From Nannocystis bainbridge (GTDB lineage Bacteria > Myxococcota_A > Polyangia > Nannocystales > Nannocystaceae), in assembly GCF_028368995.1 (NCBI RefSeq), contig NZ_JAQNDL010000003.1:96001-160000 (forward strand): 64,000 nt of DNA. The letters are read 5' to 3'. The position numbers were made by a program, and so were the translations under genes. Below, one piece after another: positions 51,620-64,000 of this stretch. Positions within the stretch are counted from its first letter, which is position 1. Each line of letters opens with the position of its first letter. Under the pieces are notes generated by a model. That model made no database searches and had not been told where the DNA came from. It worked only from the letters and a program-made list of their open reading frames with translations.

Positions 51620-51646
51620 ACGGACCCGCCCCTCGGAGACACTACC
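51620..51646 (+). promoter_or_regulatory. Putative ECF promoter copy 2 (ACGGA-N15-CACTACC)
   Basis: 6 nt before the kinase ATG at 51653. Confidence 0.7.
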
Positions 51647-51652
51647 CCGGCC

Positions 51653-54466
<2,814 letters not shown>

Positions 54467-54468
54467 GC

Positions 54469-55383
54469 TCAAATCGAGCCCTCCAGCTGCGCCAGCCGCT
54501 GCTGCACCACCCACCCCGGCACCCCGAGATTGACGCGGCGGTCGCGTGATTCGCCGAAGTTGAGGCCGATCACCGATCCGCGGACCAGGTCGACGATCAC
54601 CCCGCCCGAGCTGCCACCGAGCGTGGTGCAGTCGTGCTCGAGCAACGTGTCCGACGTCGACACCAGGCGCCCGAGCGAGATCCGCTTGAACCCGCGGCCC
54701 TCGCGGTCGAACCAGCCGTCCCCGAAGATCTGCTGGTACTCGGGCTCCGCGTAGCCGCCCTCCGCGTGGCTCGGGAAACCGATCACCGCCACGGGATTGG
54801 CGGTGACGATCGAATCGACGACGACCAGCCCGACCTGGGGCGCCCCGCGCTGCTTGACTCGCAAGAACGCCAGGTCGTGGATCGGGTCGATGTAGAGCAC
54901 CCGGGTGACCGGGCAGTGGAGCACCGCGGAACCGTCGGCCTCGGCGCTCAGGTTCACGCGCAACGTCCGGGCGCCGCGCTGCACGTCGTCGAGGAGCGAC
55001 AGGATCGTGTGGCGATTGGTCACCGCCACGTCGGGACGGATCAACCATGCCGAGCCGCACTGCGTCAGCGGCCCGAGCTCGGGGCACTCGAGTCGGCCGA
55101 CCGCCCCCACCATCGCCTCCAGATGCCGTCTGGCCGCGTGGACCACCGCGCGCCAGGCCGGCTCGGGCGGCAGCGCGAAGCTCCCGTCGCGGACCGTCAG
55201 CGGGGCCGGGAACCACTGATGGACGAGCTCCAGCCCGTCCGCCTCGGCCGCGGTCAGCGTCTGCAGCGGCTCGCCGGGCGGCGCGGCGAGGCCGACCTCG
55301 TGACTCTCCAGGGTGTCCTCGGACGTCGTCATCTGCGTCGCTCCTCCGGCCTTCGTCTCTTCGGGTGATAGTCGCATCGGCAT
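54469..55383 (-). CDS. Trypsin-like (V8-type) serine protease without signal peptide
   Basis: Catalytic triad VTNRH, HDLAFL, HDCTTLGGSSGG; GAAGGGG RBS. Confidence 0.88.
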   Translation of the reverse strand: MPMRLSPEETKAGGATQMTTSEDTLESHEVGLAAPPGEPLQTLTAAEADGLELVHQWFPAPLTVRDGSFALPPEPAWRAVVHAARRHLEAMVGAVGRLECPELGPLTQCGSAWLIRPDVAVTNRHTILSLLDDVQRGARTLRVNLSAEADGSAVLHCPVTRVLYIDPIHDLAFLRVKQRGAPQVGLVVVDSIVTANPVAVIGFPSHAEGGYAEPEYQQIFGDGWFDREGRGFKRISLGRLVSTSDTLLEHDCTTLGGSSGGVIVDLVRGSVIGLNFGESRDRRVNLGVPGWVVQQRLAQLEGSI

Positions 55384-55435
55384 CCCCTTCCGTGCATCTA
55401 CACCGCGAGATCGATCATTTGTCGCGACGGCGTGA

Positions 55436-55462
55436 ACGGTTCGCCGACGTCTTGGCACTACC
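55436..55462 (+). promoter_or_regulatory. Putative ECF promoter copy 3 (ACGGT-N15-CACTACC)
   Basis: Upstream of the small gene at 55527. Confidence 0.65.
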
Positions 55463-55526
55463 GGTTCACAGCGCGACGGCGTCGGCGATGTCCGCCGGGC
55501 CGGCGCGTCACAGGAGTTGTATTGTC

Positions 55527-55925
55527 ATGGCAGTCACATGGACTTTGAAGGATAGCTCGGGGGCCAATCTCAGCACGCAGCCGACCTCGACCGGCACGCT
55601 CGCGCTGACCTTCAACAACAGCGGCTATCCCTACTACGCCCCCGGCGAGATCATCACCGAGGTCCTCGCCGAGGTCGACAGCACCGGCCCGGTGACGATC
55701 ACGCTATCGCCGCAGAACGAGGGCTATTACCTCGACGAGAGCCGCAGCGACCCGCAGGAGCTGCCCTCGTCCCACGGCGGCGTGATGTCCTGGTCCCAGA
55801 GCGGCCCCGTCACGACCCTCACCTTCACCGCGCCCGGCACCGTCAGCAACGAGTGGTCCTGGGGCTTCGGCGGCCTGACCCCGCCGGTCGGGCTGAAGAT
55901 CAAGGTGCGCGTGCGGCGGGCCTGA
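55527..55925 (+). CDS. Small beta-rich hypothetical protein (132 aa) with basic C-terminus
   Basis: AGGAG RBS, ATG 55527, coding-like codon usage; ends [14 protein letters not shown]. Confidence 0.75.
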   Translation: MAVTWTLKDSSGANLSTQPTSTGTLALTFNNSGYPYYAPGEIITEVLAEVDSTGPVTITLSPQNEGYYLDESRSDPQELPSSHGGVMSWSQSGPVTTLTFTAPGTVSNEWSWGFGGLTPPVGLKIKVRVRRA

Positions 55926-56025
55926 CGATCCGACGCCGCGAGGCGAGCGAGGCGCGCGGAACCTGCTCTTTAAGCCAGGTCATCGCGCGTCGCGCTCGCC
56001 TCGCCGACCTGTTACCATCCGCCGC

Positions 56026-57018
56026 GTGTCTGCGCTCCCGGTCCTCGACCTCTCGCCGCTCCGACACGACCCTGCCGCCGCCGACGCGCTCGCGCGGGCC
56101 ATCGCCGCCGCGTGCCGCGACAGCGGCTTCTTCTACGTCGTCGGCCACGGCCTCGACCCAACCTTGCTCGCCCGCCTCGAGGCCCTGAGCCGCCGCTTCT
56201 TCGCCGCCGCCGACGCCGACAAGCAGGCCCTCGCGATGCACCACGGCGGCCGCGCCTGGCGCGGGTGGTTCCCGCTCGGCGGCGAGCTCACCTCGGGCCA
56301 GCCCGACCTCAAGGAGGGCCTGTACTTCGGGACAGAGCTGCCCGCCGACCACCCGCGCGTGCGCGCCGGCGTCCCGCTGCACGGCGCCAACCTGTGGCCG
56401 GCGTGGCTGCCGGAGCTGCGCCCGGTCGTGCTCGCCGTCATGGCGCAGCTGGCCGAAGTCGCCCAGCTGGTGCTCGAGGGCGTGGCCCGCAGCCTCGGCC
56501 TCGCGCCCGAGTGGTTCCGCGTGCACTACACCGGCGGGACGGGCGAGCCGACGCAGCTGTTCCGGATCTTCCACTACCCGGCGACGCCGCAGCCGGGCTG
56601 GGGCGTCGGCGAACACACCGACTACGGCCTCCTGACGCTGCTCGTGCAGGACGACGTCGGCGGCCTGCAGGTCAAGACCCCGCGCGGATGGATCGACGCC
56701 CCGCCGCTGCCCGGGGCGCTCGTGTGCAACATCGGCGACATGCTCGACCGCCTCACCGGCGGCTGGTACCGCTCGACCCCGCACCGCGTGCGCGCCTCGA
56801 CCGCGCGCGATCGCCTGTCGTTCCCGTTCTTCTTCGACCCCGCGTGGGACGCCGAGATCGTGCCCCTGCCGCGCGCCGCCGACCTGCCCGACGACGCCGC
56901 CGAGCGCTGGGATTCCGCCAGCGTGCACGCCTTTCGCGGCACCTACGGCGAATACCTGCTCGGCAAGGTGGCCCGCGTCTTCCCCGCCCTGCACGCCGCC
57001 GTAAAGGCCGAGATGTGA
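56026..57018 (+). CDS. 2-oxoglutarate/Fe(II) dioxygenase (IPNS-like family)
   Basis: [15 protein letters not shown] (HxD), TPHRV, RLSFPFF. Confidence 0.93.
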   Translation: MSALPVLDLSPLRHDPAAADALARAIAAACRDSGFFYVVGHGLDPTLLARLEALSRRFFAAADADKQALAMHHGGRAWRGWFPLGGELTSGQPDLKEGLYFGTELPADHPRVRAGVPLHGANLWPAWLPELRPVVLAVMAQLAEVAQLVLEGVARSLGLAPEWFRVHYTGGTGEPTQLFRIFHYPATPQPGWGVGEHTDYGLLTLLVQDDVGGLQVKTPRGWIDAPPLPGALVCNIGDMLDRLTGGWYRSTPHRVRASTARDRLSFPFFFDPAWDAEIVPLPRAADLPDDAAERWDSASVHAFRGTYGEYLLGKVARVFPALHAAVKAEM

Positions 57019-57154
57019 CCCAGGCGCCCGCCACGCGGGCCGCAGCCACAGCCGACCTCTGCCGCGCTCGCATCGCCTGAGTCGGATATTGAACAATGTA
57101 CAGTGGTCACTCCGCGGCACTTCCCTACGTTGTGAAATTGCGGAGGGAACAGCC

Positions 57155-57628
57155 ATGCGTGCGAAGCACCACACCAGCGATCGCGAGAGCACCCGCGCGA
57201 ACACCGACTCGGAGGCGCCGTTCGAGGAGTTCATCGATCCCGGCTTCCGCTCCCAGGGCCTCTACGGCGAGGTGACGTGGCCGGACAGCGAGCCCCAACC
57301 GTGGCCATCGGCGCCACGGGCCCGCGAGGGCGAGGCGCTGCTCGCGTCGGAGTCCGGCCGCGGCCGCTTCGTCGGCTGCGGGCCGCGGACCTACCGCCGC
57401 TCCGACGCCCGGATCGCCGAGGACATCAACGAGGCCCTCACCTGGCACCCCGACATCGACGCCAGCGAGGTGGAGGTCGCCGTGGCGAGCGGCATCGTGA
57501 CCCTCAGCGGCCTCGTCTACGACCCGAACACGCGCCGCCTGATCGTCGAGCTGGCGCTGCAGACCGCCGGCGTCGGCGAGCTCGACGACCGCATGGCGGT
57601 CGCCGGCGGCAAGGCGTCCACCGCGTGA
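57155..57628 (+). CDS. BON-domain protein
   Basis: GPRTYRRSDARIAEDINEALT...IDASEVEVAV..GIVTLSG. Confidence 0.85.
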   Translation: MRAKHHTSDRESTRANTDSEAPFEEFIDPGFRSQGLYGEVTWPDSEPQPWPSAPRAREGEALLASESGRGRFVGCGPRTYRRSDARIAEDINEALTWHPDIDASEVEVAVASGIVTLSGLVYDPNTRRLIVELALQTAGVGELDDRMAVAGGKASTA

Positions 57629-57708
57629 CAGCGCGGCTGTCCTGAAGGGCATCTCACAGCATGTCTCAGTTGCCTTGAGGCGTGCTGACGCGTGGCTGCG
57701 AGCGCGGG

Positions 57709-58971
57709 TCAGCGAGGACTGGCGACCTTGAAGGTCGGCGGGCGGCTGCCGACGCGCCGGCGCGACCACACGGTCCATTCCCACTGGCTGACGCCGGCGA
57801 GGTCGTCGCCTTCGGCCGTGATCTCGCCGGACTCGTAAAGGGCGACCAGCGTGTCGAGCAGCGACTCGATGTCGTAGGCGACGATCTGGCGGTCGTTGTC
57901 GTCGTGCCAGAAGCTGACGAGCTCGTCGGCCTCGCCGCCGAACTCACCGCCGGGGTCGAGGCAGATGTCGTTGCCCGACGGATCGTGCAGCAACGGCAGC
58001 CAGGCTGGGTTCCACCACTGGGGCTCGTCGGCGAACCACTTGCGGCAGTCGGTGCGCCGGGCCACGGCCTCGTCGATCGAATAGAGCGAGTAGACGAACG
58101 CGATCGGCATCAACTCGCCGCCGCCGTCGTGCCAGGCCCACAGCTGGCGCAGCGCCGGCGGCAGCGGACGGCCGAGCTCGCGCTCGCAGGCGTCGAGCCG
58201 CGCCGGGTCGGCGCCCGGCCGCAGCTCGGCGTGGACGGCGGGGGTATGAGTCGCGAGCCAGCGCTCGAGGCGAACGAGCAGGCCGTCGACGCGGGCGCGC
58301 TGGGCCGCGGCCTCGCGCTCACGCCACGCGAGCACCTCGGGGATCCACGGCGGCGGCTCGTCGGGCGGCTCCGGCAGGCGCTCGGCCCACCGCCAGATTG
58401 CGTCGAGGTGAGAGAGGTACTGCGACTCGATCAGGGCCTCACGGGCCTCGCCGTCGACGCGGCGTAGCTCGTGGTCGAACGCGGCGATCCGCAGGTGCGT
58501 CAGCATATCGTCGTCGCGCGCGTCCGAGCCGCGCCCGAGGAATGCGTCGTTGCGATCCTCGCGATCCTGCTCGACGCGCTTGACGAGCTCGGCCAGCATG
58601 CGGCGGCGCGGGCCGGGGCGCCGCGCCTCGATGTAATTCGAGAAAGCGGCGCACTGCTCCGGCGAGCCCTCCCCGTCGAGCACGCGCAGCATGTGGGCCG
58701 TCTGCGCGGGGTCAGCGAGGCCTCTCGCGCAGGCGCGCCGGGCCCTGAGCCGGAGCATCAAGAAGCGGGCACGCACGATGGTCCCGCGTTCGGGTTGAAC
58801 CATGCTCGCGCCCCACAGGTGCTGCTCGTCGGGCCTCGGCCACACGCCGGCGAGGAACGGGTAGCCGACCTCCTCCATCGTGAAGCGGCCGGTCGTCGGA
58901 TCGAGCCGGCACGCTTCGGTGAGCTCGAGGCCCTCGATGATCAGGTCGAGGTCGGGCCAGTGGATCTTCAT
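57709..58971 (-). CDS. Protein with C-terminal SMI1/KNR4 (SUKH) domain
   Basis: LRPGA...E..LG..LP..LRQLWAWHDG; WWNPAWLPL..D.SGNDICLD..G. Confidence 0.8.
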   Translation of the reverse strand: MKIHWPDLDLIIEGLELTEACRLDPTTGRFTMEEVGYPFLAGVWPRPDEQHLWGASMVQPERGTIVRARFLMLRLRARRACARGLADPAQTAHMLRVLDGEGSPEQCAAFSNYIEARRPGPRRRMLAELVKRVEQDREDRNDAFLGRGSDARDDDMLTHLRIAAFDHELRRVDGEAREALIESQYLSHLDAIWRWAERLPEPPDEPPPWIPEVLAWREREAAAQRARVDGLLVRLERWLATHTPAVHAELRPGADPARLDACERELGRPLPPALRQLWAWHDGGGELMPIAFVYSLYSIDEAVARRTDCRKWFADEPQWWNPAWLPLLHDPSGNDICLDPGGEFGGEADELVSFWHDDNDRQIVAYDIESLLDTLVALYESGEITAEGDDLAGVSQWEWTVWSRRRVGSRPPTFKVASPR

Positions 58972-59212
58972 CAGCGCCTGTCGGCGGAATCGTGGCACGC
59001 CGGCAGGCCGCGCGCAAGACCGCGCGCCGGCGCCGACCCCAAGCTCCCACGAAGGCGATGGCACGGCTGTCCCGAAGGACAGCTCCCATCCGAATCGCGA
59101 CCGGTCGGCCAGCTCACAGCCTGCGCGCGAGCGTCAACCCCGCTCGACGATCCGGCATCACCGCATCGTCGAGGCAGGTCGAGCGCAATCGCCGACGCGC
59201 CGGCGACCTCGC

Positions 59213-62200
59213 TCAGCGAGCCCGGCGCCGGCGCAGCGTCAGCAGCAGCAGCGTCAGCGCCGACAGCCCGGCCCCGCCGGGCCCGTCCTGGCGGCAGCCG
59301 CAGCCGCTCTCGTCGGTCGCGCCGCCGCCCGTGTCGCTGTCCGTGTCGCCGCCCGAGCCCGTCGAATCACTCGCCTCGGTGTCGCTGCCCGCGTCCGTCG
59401 CCGAGGTGGTCGGCTCCGGCCCGGTCTCGCTCGAAGCACCCGTCGTCGGCAATTGCCCGCTCGAGCCGTCCGAGTCCGACCCGCCGCTCGTCGTCGAGTC
59501 ACCGTCCACCGAGCAATCGGCCTCGCAGCCGTCGCCGCCCGCCGCGTTGCCGTCGTCGCACTGCTCCCCGCTGTCGACCACCCCGTCGCCGCAGCCGGCG
59601 TCCGAGCAGTCGGTGCGGCACGCGTCGGCCGCCTCGTCGCTGTTGTTCGCGCCCTCGTCGCAATCCTCGCCGACGCTGACGATCCCGTCGCCGCACACCG
59701 CCGCCGGCGCGTCGACCACCCCGACCACGCACAGCGCGTCGAGCGTCCAGCCGCCCATCTCGAGCCCGCCGTCGCTGCGCAGCTCGTACTTCAGCGTCAC
59801 CGCGTCGTTCACCACCGACGCCGTCAGGTCGACGTCGTGGAACCGCCACTCGCGGTCCGTGTGGTGCGTGCTCGCGTCGTTCATCATCAGGCTGGCGAAG
59901 TTGGTCCACACCGGCTCGTCGTTGGCGTAGATGCGCGCGCGGTCGAAGAACCCGTCCTCGATGTTGAGCCAGCGGCGGTACTGCAGGCGCACCTGCGAAT
60001 AGCCGGTCGTGTCGATCACCGGCGACTGCGCGAAGTTGGTCTTTTCCGACTGATACGTCCCGTTGAAGTTGCCGCCGCCGAGGTCGTTGCCGAACACGCG
60101 CGTCCCGTCGAACGCCGCCTGCGGGTCGCCCGACGCCGTCGGCGAGAGCGGCTCCTGCCACATCCAGTCGTCGGCGCCCTCGCCTTGCTGCCCCATCGAC
60201 AGCCCGTGCGTCCAGCCGTCGGCGGCCGGGTCGGACTCGAAATCGGTGCAGTAGATCTCCTCGACCGCGCCGACGAAGAACTCGTAGAACGGATCGGCCG
60301 CGTTCTCCGGGTACTGCAATTCGGTCGCGTCCGCGAACGTGATCTTGACCTGGTACTGCACCACGCTGCCGGCCGGCTGCTGCGGGATCTTGGCCGTGAT
60401 CTGATCGGGCGCCACGTCCATGGCGATCACCCCGCCGACGTCCTGCTGCTCGCGCAGGCGCCACGTCAGCTCCGCCGACTCGATCGCCCCGCCGCTGCAC
60501 TGCCCGCCCGCGCCGTCGACCGCGACCGACACCGTGTACTCGGCCAGCTGCGGCAGCGCCACCCCCGGCGCCTCGACGTCGACCCCGAGCTTGAACAGCC
60601 CGTGCTTGGCGAACGCGCTGTTGATCAGGCACTGGTTGGGCGTGCCGTTGGCGAGGTCGCCGTCGTCGTCGTCGGCCGCCAGCGCCTCGAAGTACATGCT
60701 CGGGATGTCGACCGCGCGGCGGATCGACTCGTAGTAGATGTGATCGGCGTGGGCCACCGCGCCCGGCCCCTGGTCCTCGACCAGCGCCTTGCGCAGGTCC
60801 CACAGCGCGCCGGCGATGATGAGGCCCGTGATGTGCGTGTCGCCGTCGACGTCGTCGGGCCACACCGCCTCGCTGCCGTTGGGGTCGATGTGGCGCAGCG
60901 GCCCGGGGTCGTTGAGGAAGAAGCCGATGCCCATCGCCGGGTCGTCGACCACCGTCGCCGCCAGGTAGTCGCTCACGCCCTCGGACAGCGCCGGGTCGAA
61001 GTTACCGACGCCCTGGATGATGGCGTGGTCGTGCACCCCGTGGCCGTACTCGTGATAGACGATGTCGGCCACCCGCCCGGTGTTGTTGCACTGGTTGCTC
61101 TGGCGGAAGAAATTGATGTTGCCGTCGTAATAGGCGTTGCAGCTCTCGTTGATGTTGACGGTCGCGGCGAGCTGCTGGGCGACGAACTCGAAGGTGGGGT
61201 CGATCTGGCGCACGTAGTCGATCACGTGGTTGGCGTGCACGAACGTCGAGATCTGCGCGTCGACCAGCTCGTCGTTGGCCGCGTTCCAGTTGACCGTCTG
61301 GTTCGGCTGCAGGTTGAGGTTCGCGGTCGCCTCGTTGCCCGCGTCGTTGGCGACCGTCACCTGCGTGCCGCTGGCCCGCGTCGTCACCATGGTCGCATTG
61401 TTGCCGTTCCACATCACGTCGCCGGTCGGCGAGCTGGTGACGTTCATCCCGCCCACCGTCAGCGCCGCGCGGTTGGCCGGCCAGTTCTGCCGCTCGCCGC
61501 CGGGCTCGCGCACTGGCGCGTTGTAGGCCACCTTGCCGCTGGCGAACAGCAGCGTCTGCTTGCGCGCCACCGGCTCGCCCGTGGCCGCGTCGACGTAGAC
61601 CCGCCAGCGCCCCAGCGGCGCCGTGGTCGCCAGCTCGACCGGCACCACCGTCGCGTACTCGACCCCGCCCCCGCGCACCAGCGGCAGCACCACCGCCTCG
61701 TGCGCGGCCTCGAAGGAGACTGTCCCCGGGGACAGGTCGCGCTCCAGCCACTCGCTCGCGGCCGTGCGCGCCTGGGCGGCGCCCACCTGGCGGACCGCCG
61801 GCGCCGGCACGTGCGGCAGCGCCTCCGAGCCGATCATGAACAGGCGGTCGTTGCGGAAGCGGAAGCTGACCTGCCCGCCCTCGACCGCCACCCCGCGGAC
61901 CCGCTGCACGAACCCGAGTGTGCGCATTCCGCCGCTCTCGACATTCGCCACCAATGTGAAGTCCGCCGCCGACGCCCCCGGCGCCAGCAGGCCGACGTGA
62001 CGGGCCAGGAACGCCCGCGCGAGCCGCTCGGCCGCCACGGGCGAACCCGCGCTCCCGGGCGCCGCGATCCCGGCGCCCCAGATCCGCCGCACCACGTCGG
62101 TATCGCGGTCCCACACCGCCCACGTCTGCGGCCCCATCTCGGCCACCAGCCGCGCCCACGCGCCCCCGTGCCGCGCCGGCGCCTGGTACCACGTCAGGTC

Positions 62201-62347
62201 GGCCAGCGCCCGCACCGGAGCCCCCCGGGCGACCTCCACGGCGGGCCGCCGCGCGTGCGCAGCAGGGGTCTGAACCGCGCTCGCGGTCGGGCTGACGGCC
62301 ATCAAAGTGGCCGCGGTGAGGGTGGCAATTCCGTGGGCGAGTCTCAT
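59213..62347 (-). CDS. Secreted M4/M36-like zinc metalloprotease with Cys-rich repeats and MYXO-CTERM
   Basis: Signal peptide, propeptide, CNAYY, YHEYGHGVH, ALSEGVSD; CGDGIV...EDCDEG repeats; GCGCRQ...TM...RRRRAR. Confidence 0.9.
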   Translation of the reverse strand: MRLAHGIATLTAATLMAVSPTASAVQTPAAHARRPAVEVARGAPVRALADLTWYQAPARHGGAWARLVAEMGPQTWAVWDRDTDVVRRIWGAGIAAPGSAGSPVAAERLARAFLARHVGLLAPGASAADFTLVANVESGGMRTLGFVQRVRGVAVEGGQVSFRFRNDRLFMIGSEALPHVPAPAVRQVGAAQARTAASEWLERDLSPGTVSFEAAHEAVVLPLVRGGGVEYATVVPVELATTAPLGRWRVYVDAATGEPVARKQTLLFASGKVAYNAPVREPGGERQNWPANRAALTVGGMNVTSSPTGDVMWNGNNATMVTTRASGTQVTVANDAGNEATANLNLQPNQTVNWNAANDELVDAQISTFVHANHVIDYVRQIDPTFEFVAQQLAATVNINESCNAYYDGNINFFRQSNQCNNTGRVADIVYHEYGHGVHDHAIIQGVGNFDPALSEGVSDYLAATVVDDPAMGIGFFLNDPGPLRHIDPNGSEAVWPDDVDGDTHITGLIIAGALWDLRKALVEDQGPGAVAHADHIYYESIRRAVDIPSMYFEALAADDDDGDLANGTPNQCLINSAFAKHGLFKLGVDVEAPGVALPQLAEYTVSVAVDGAGGQCSGGAIESAELTWRLREQQDVGGVIAMDVAPDQITAKIPQQPAGSVVQYQVKITFADATELQYPENAADPFYEFFVGAVEEIYCTDFESDPAADGWTHGLSMGQQGEGADDWMWQEPLSPTASGDPQAAFDGTRVFGNDLGGGNFNGTYQSEKTNFAQSPVIDTTGYSQVRLQYRRWLNIEDGFFDRARIYANDEPVWTNFASLMMNDASTHHTDREWRFHDVDLTASVVNDAVTLKYELRSDGGLEMGGWTLDALCVVGVVDAPAAVCGDGIVSVGEDCDEGANNSDEAADACRTDCSDAGCGDGVVDSGEQCDDGNAAGGDGCEADCSVDGDSTTSGGSDSDGSSGQLPTTGASSETGPEPTTSATDAGSDTEASDSTGSGGDTDSDTGGGATDESGCGCRQDGPGGAGLSALTLLLLTLRRRRAR

Positions 62348-62514
62348 CGGTCTCCTCCGCGGGTGCGCCAGAGCGCACCACGCCGGCACCCTACCAAAAC
62401 GCAAGACCCTGGAGGTATGTTTGTGTCTAGCGCGTGCTCACAGGGAGAACCCTGTCTCCGCCAGACCCCTCGCCCTGCCCCCAGGCGGCGCGTACCCTGA
62501 GGCGATGCATCACA

Positions 62515-62542
62515 TGTCTCCGAGGACATGTTGCTTCAGACA
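62515..62542. repeat. Two phased TGTC-N6-GACA units in divergent intergenic region
   Basis: TGTCTCCGAGGACA TGTTGCTTCAGACA. Confidence 0.85.
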
Positions 62543-62670
62543 TACCCCATGGCGAAGAGTGCCAGCGGCCGAGGCGAGGCCGGTCGGGGCGGCCTCGCCG
62601 ATGGACGTGCAGGTCATCCCCAGCGACAGTGCCAAGAATGGCCAGGGGATTTTGCGTATGCTGACCGCGA

Positions 62671-63786
62671 ATGGCCAACAGCAAGACGACGAAGCCAAAG
62701 ACCTCAGGCAAGGCCGCGGCGGGCAAACCCAAGACGGGCAAAGCCACCGCGAAGAAATCCGCCGCGAAGAAGGCCGCCGCGAAGAAGGCCTCCACGAAGA
62801 AGACCACGGCGAACAAGACCACGGTGAAGAAGACCGCGGTGAAGAAGACCGCGGTGAAGAAGCCCTCGGCGAAGAAGACCACGGCGAAGAAGACCACGGC
62901 GAAGAAGACCCCCGCGAAGAAGACCGCCGCGAAGAAGACCGCCGCGAAGAAGACCCCCGCGAAGAAGACCCCCGCGAAGAGGGCCACAACCAAGAAGCCC
63001 ACCGCGAACAAGCCCACTGCGAGCAAGCCCACCGCGAGCTTTCCGACGGACGAGGTGCTGAGCGAGATCGAGGACAACCTGATCTCGTACTCCTACAATT
63101 TCAGATCGCCGGCCACCGACCGCGAGGGCAAGGCCTGGCGGAAGATCGCCTTCTCGGGTCCGCTCAAGCTCCTGGCCAAGCTCGTCAAGCACCCCGTGGC
63201 GCAGCAGCTGGAGACGCTCACCATCGTCGGCATCGACGCGAAGGCCGACAAGGTCATCCGCGTGCTGTCCGAGGGCCCTCCGCTCGCGGCGTTGCGCGAG
63301 CTGCGTCTTGGCTTCCTGCCCGAGGGTCAGAGCGATTTGGTCGGCTTCGAAGAGCGCGACTGCGGCGACCTGACCGCCCTGTCCCGGGCCTGCCCGCGCC
63401 TGGAGATCCTGCGGCTGCTCTGCCCTGGCTTCGTGGCCGCCGATCACCCCACGCTCCGGGTCCTGGACGCGCGCACGGGGGCCCGGCCGGCGTCGGTGGC
63501 CTCGCTGGCCAAGGCGTCGCTACCGCGCCTGGAGGAGCTTCACCTCGGCTTCGGGGTCGAGGACGACGAGCCCCTGTATGCATCGCTGATCTGGCCGCCG
63601 AACACGCTCCAGCCGCTGCTCGACGGCAAGGCGCTGCCGACGCTGCGCCGGCTGTGCCTGTGGCCCATGCCGGAGGACGACGGCCTGTTCAAGCTGGCCA
63701 GGGCCTCGCCGCTGGCGAAGCGCGCGAAGATCGAGCTGCGCAGCACCGACGACCTCGAGGCCGACACCGACGCTTACACGCTCTGA
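62671..63786 (+). CDS. Histone H1-like Lys/Ala/Thr-rich N-terminus fused to LRR-like domain
   Basis: AKKT(A/P/T) pentapeptide repeats, then LRELRLG, CPRLEILRL, LPRLEELHLGFG, LPTLRRLCL. Confidence 0.8.
   Translation: MANSKTTKPKTSGKAAAGKPKTGKATAKKSAAKKAAAKKASTKKTTANKTTVKKTAVKKTAVKKPSAKKTTAKKTTAKKTPAKKTAAKKTAAKKTPAKKTPAKRATTKKPTANKPTASKPTASFPTDEVLSEIEDNLISYSYNFRSPATDREGKAWRKIAFSGPLKLLAKLVKHPVAQQLETLTIVGIDAKADKVIRVLSEGPPLAALRELRLGFLPEGQSDLVGFEERDCGDLTALSRACPRLEILRLLCPGFVAADHPTLRVLDARTGARPASVASLAKASLPRLEELHLGFGVEDDEPLYASLIWPPNTLQPLLDGKALPTLRRLCLWPMPEDDGLFKLARASPLAKRAKIELRSTDDLEADTDAYTL
62749..63039 (+). repeat. 15-bp coding tandem repeat (GCGAAGAAGACCNCN)
   Basis: Directly visible; encodes the AKKTx units. 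Confidence 0.9.
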
Positions 63787-63922
63787 CCGGGCTCACAGCT
63801 CGGCCACCGCTCGCCTGTCCACATATCGTGCGAGCGGCCCGACGTCTGCACGTCGCATAGCCGCACGAACACGTCGGTCCACGCGTGCTCGAGAAGCACA
63901 CCTCCGCGCGCGGCCGGGGACA

Positions 63923-63936
63923 TGTCCCGAAAGACA
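63923..63936. repeat. Perfect TGTC-N6-GACA unit preceded by GACA
   Basis: GACA-TGTCCCGAAAGACA. Confidence 0.8.
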
Positions 63937-64000
63937 TCCCCCGTTTCGACCCTGCTCAGCGCCGCACCGGCTCGAGCTCGAGCCGCGCGATCGACAGCTG

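Noticed and set aside
55384-55460. Fourth copy of the ECF promoter motif driving the active protease (minus strand)
   Set aside because: There is no ACGGW-N15-SACTACC on the minus strand upstream of 55383; this gene seems to use a different promoter.

Overview
GC-rich 64-kb window from a myxobacterium, most likely Nannocystis-like (inferred from MYXO-CTERM proteins, Thr-rich-linker lipoproteins, a Myxococcus Cys-rich repeat and membrane Ser/Thr kinase-TPR proteins). It is accessory DNA: about 40 intact CDS plus many gene fragments (integrase arm domain, S41 peptidase, DUF3179, IS1380 transposase, ECF sigma C-terminus, TPR pieces). I found no rRNA, tRNA or CRISPR array. Main observations: (1) a dispersed 14-bp palindrome TGTC-N6-GACA, at least 18 perfect copies, often in phased head-to-tail arrays and also inside genes; (2) a five-gene ECF sigma / kinase-TPR / active protease / pseudo-protease / small protein module with the same bipartite motif ACGGW-N15-SACTACC before three of its genes; (3) a group II PLP decarboxylase fused to two EF-hands; (4) gene blocks flanked by decayed duplicates of the 3' end of the upstream gene; (5) an uncharacterised amidohydrolase-porin-YcaC-XapX-DoxX cluster and a probable mcl-PHA scavenging module. 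All family calls come from recognising motifs by eye; no database searches were run.
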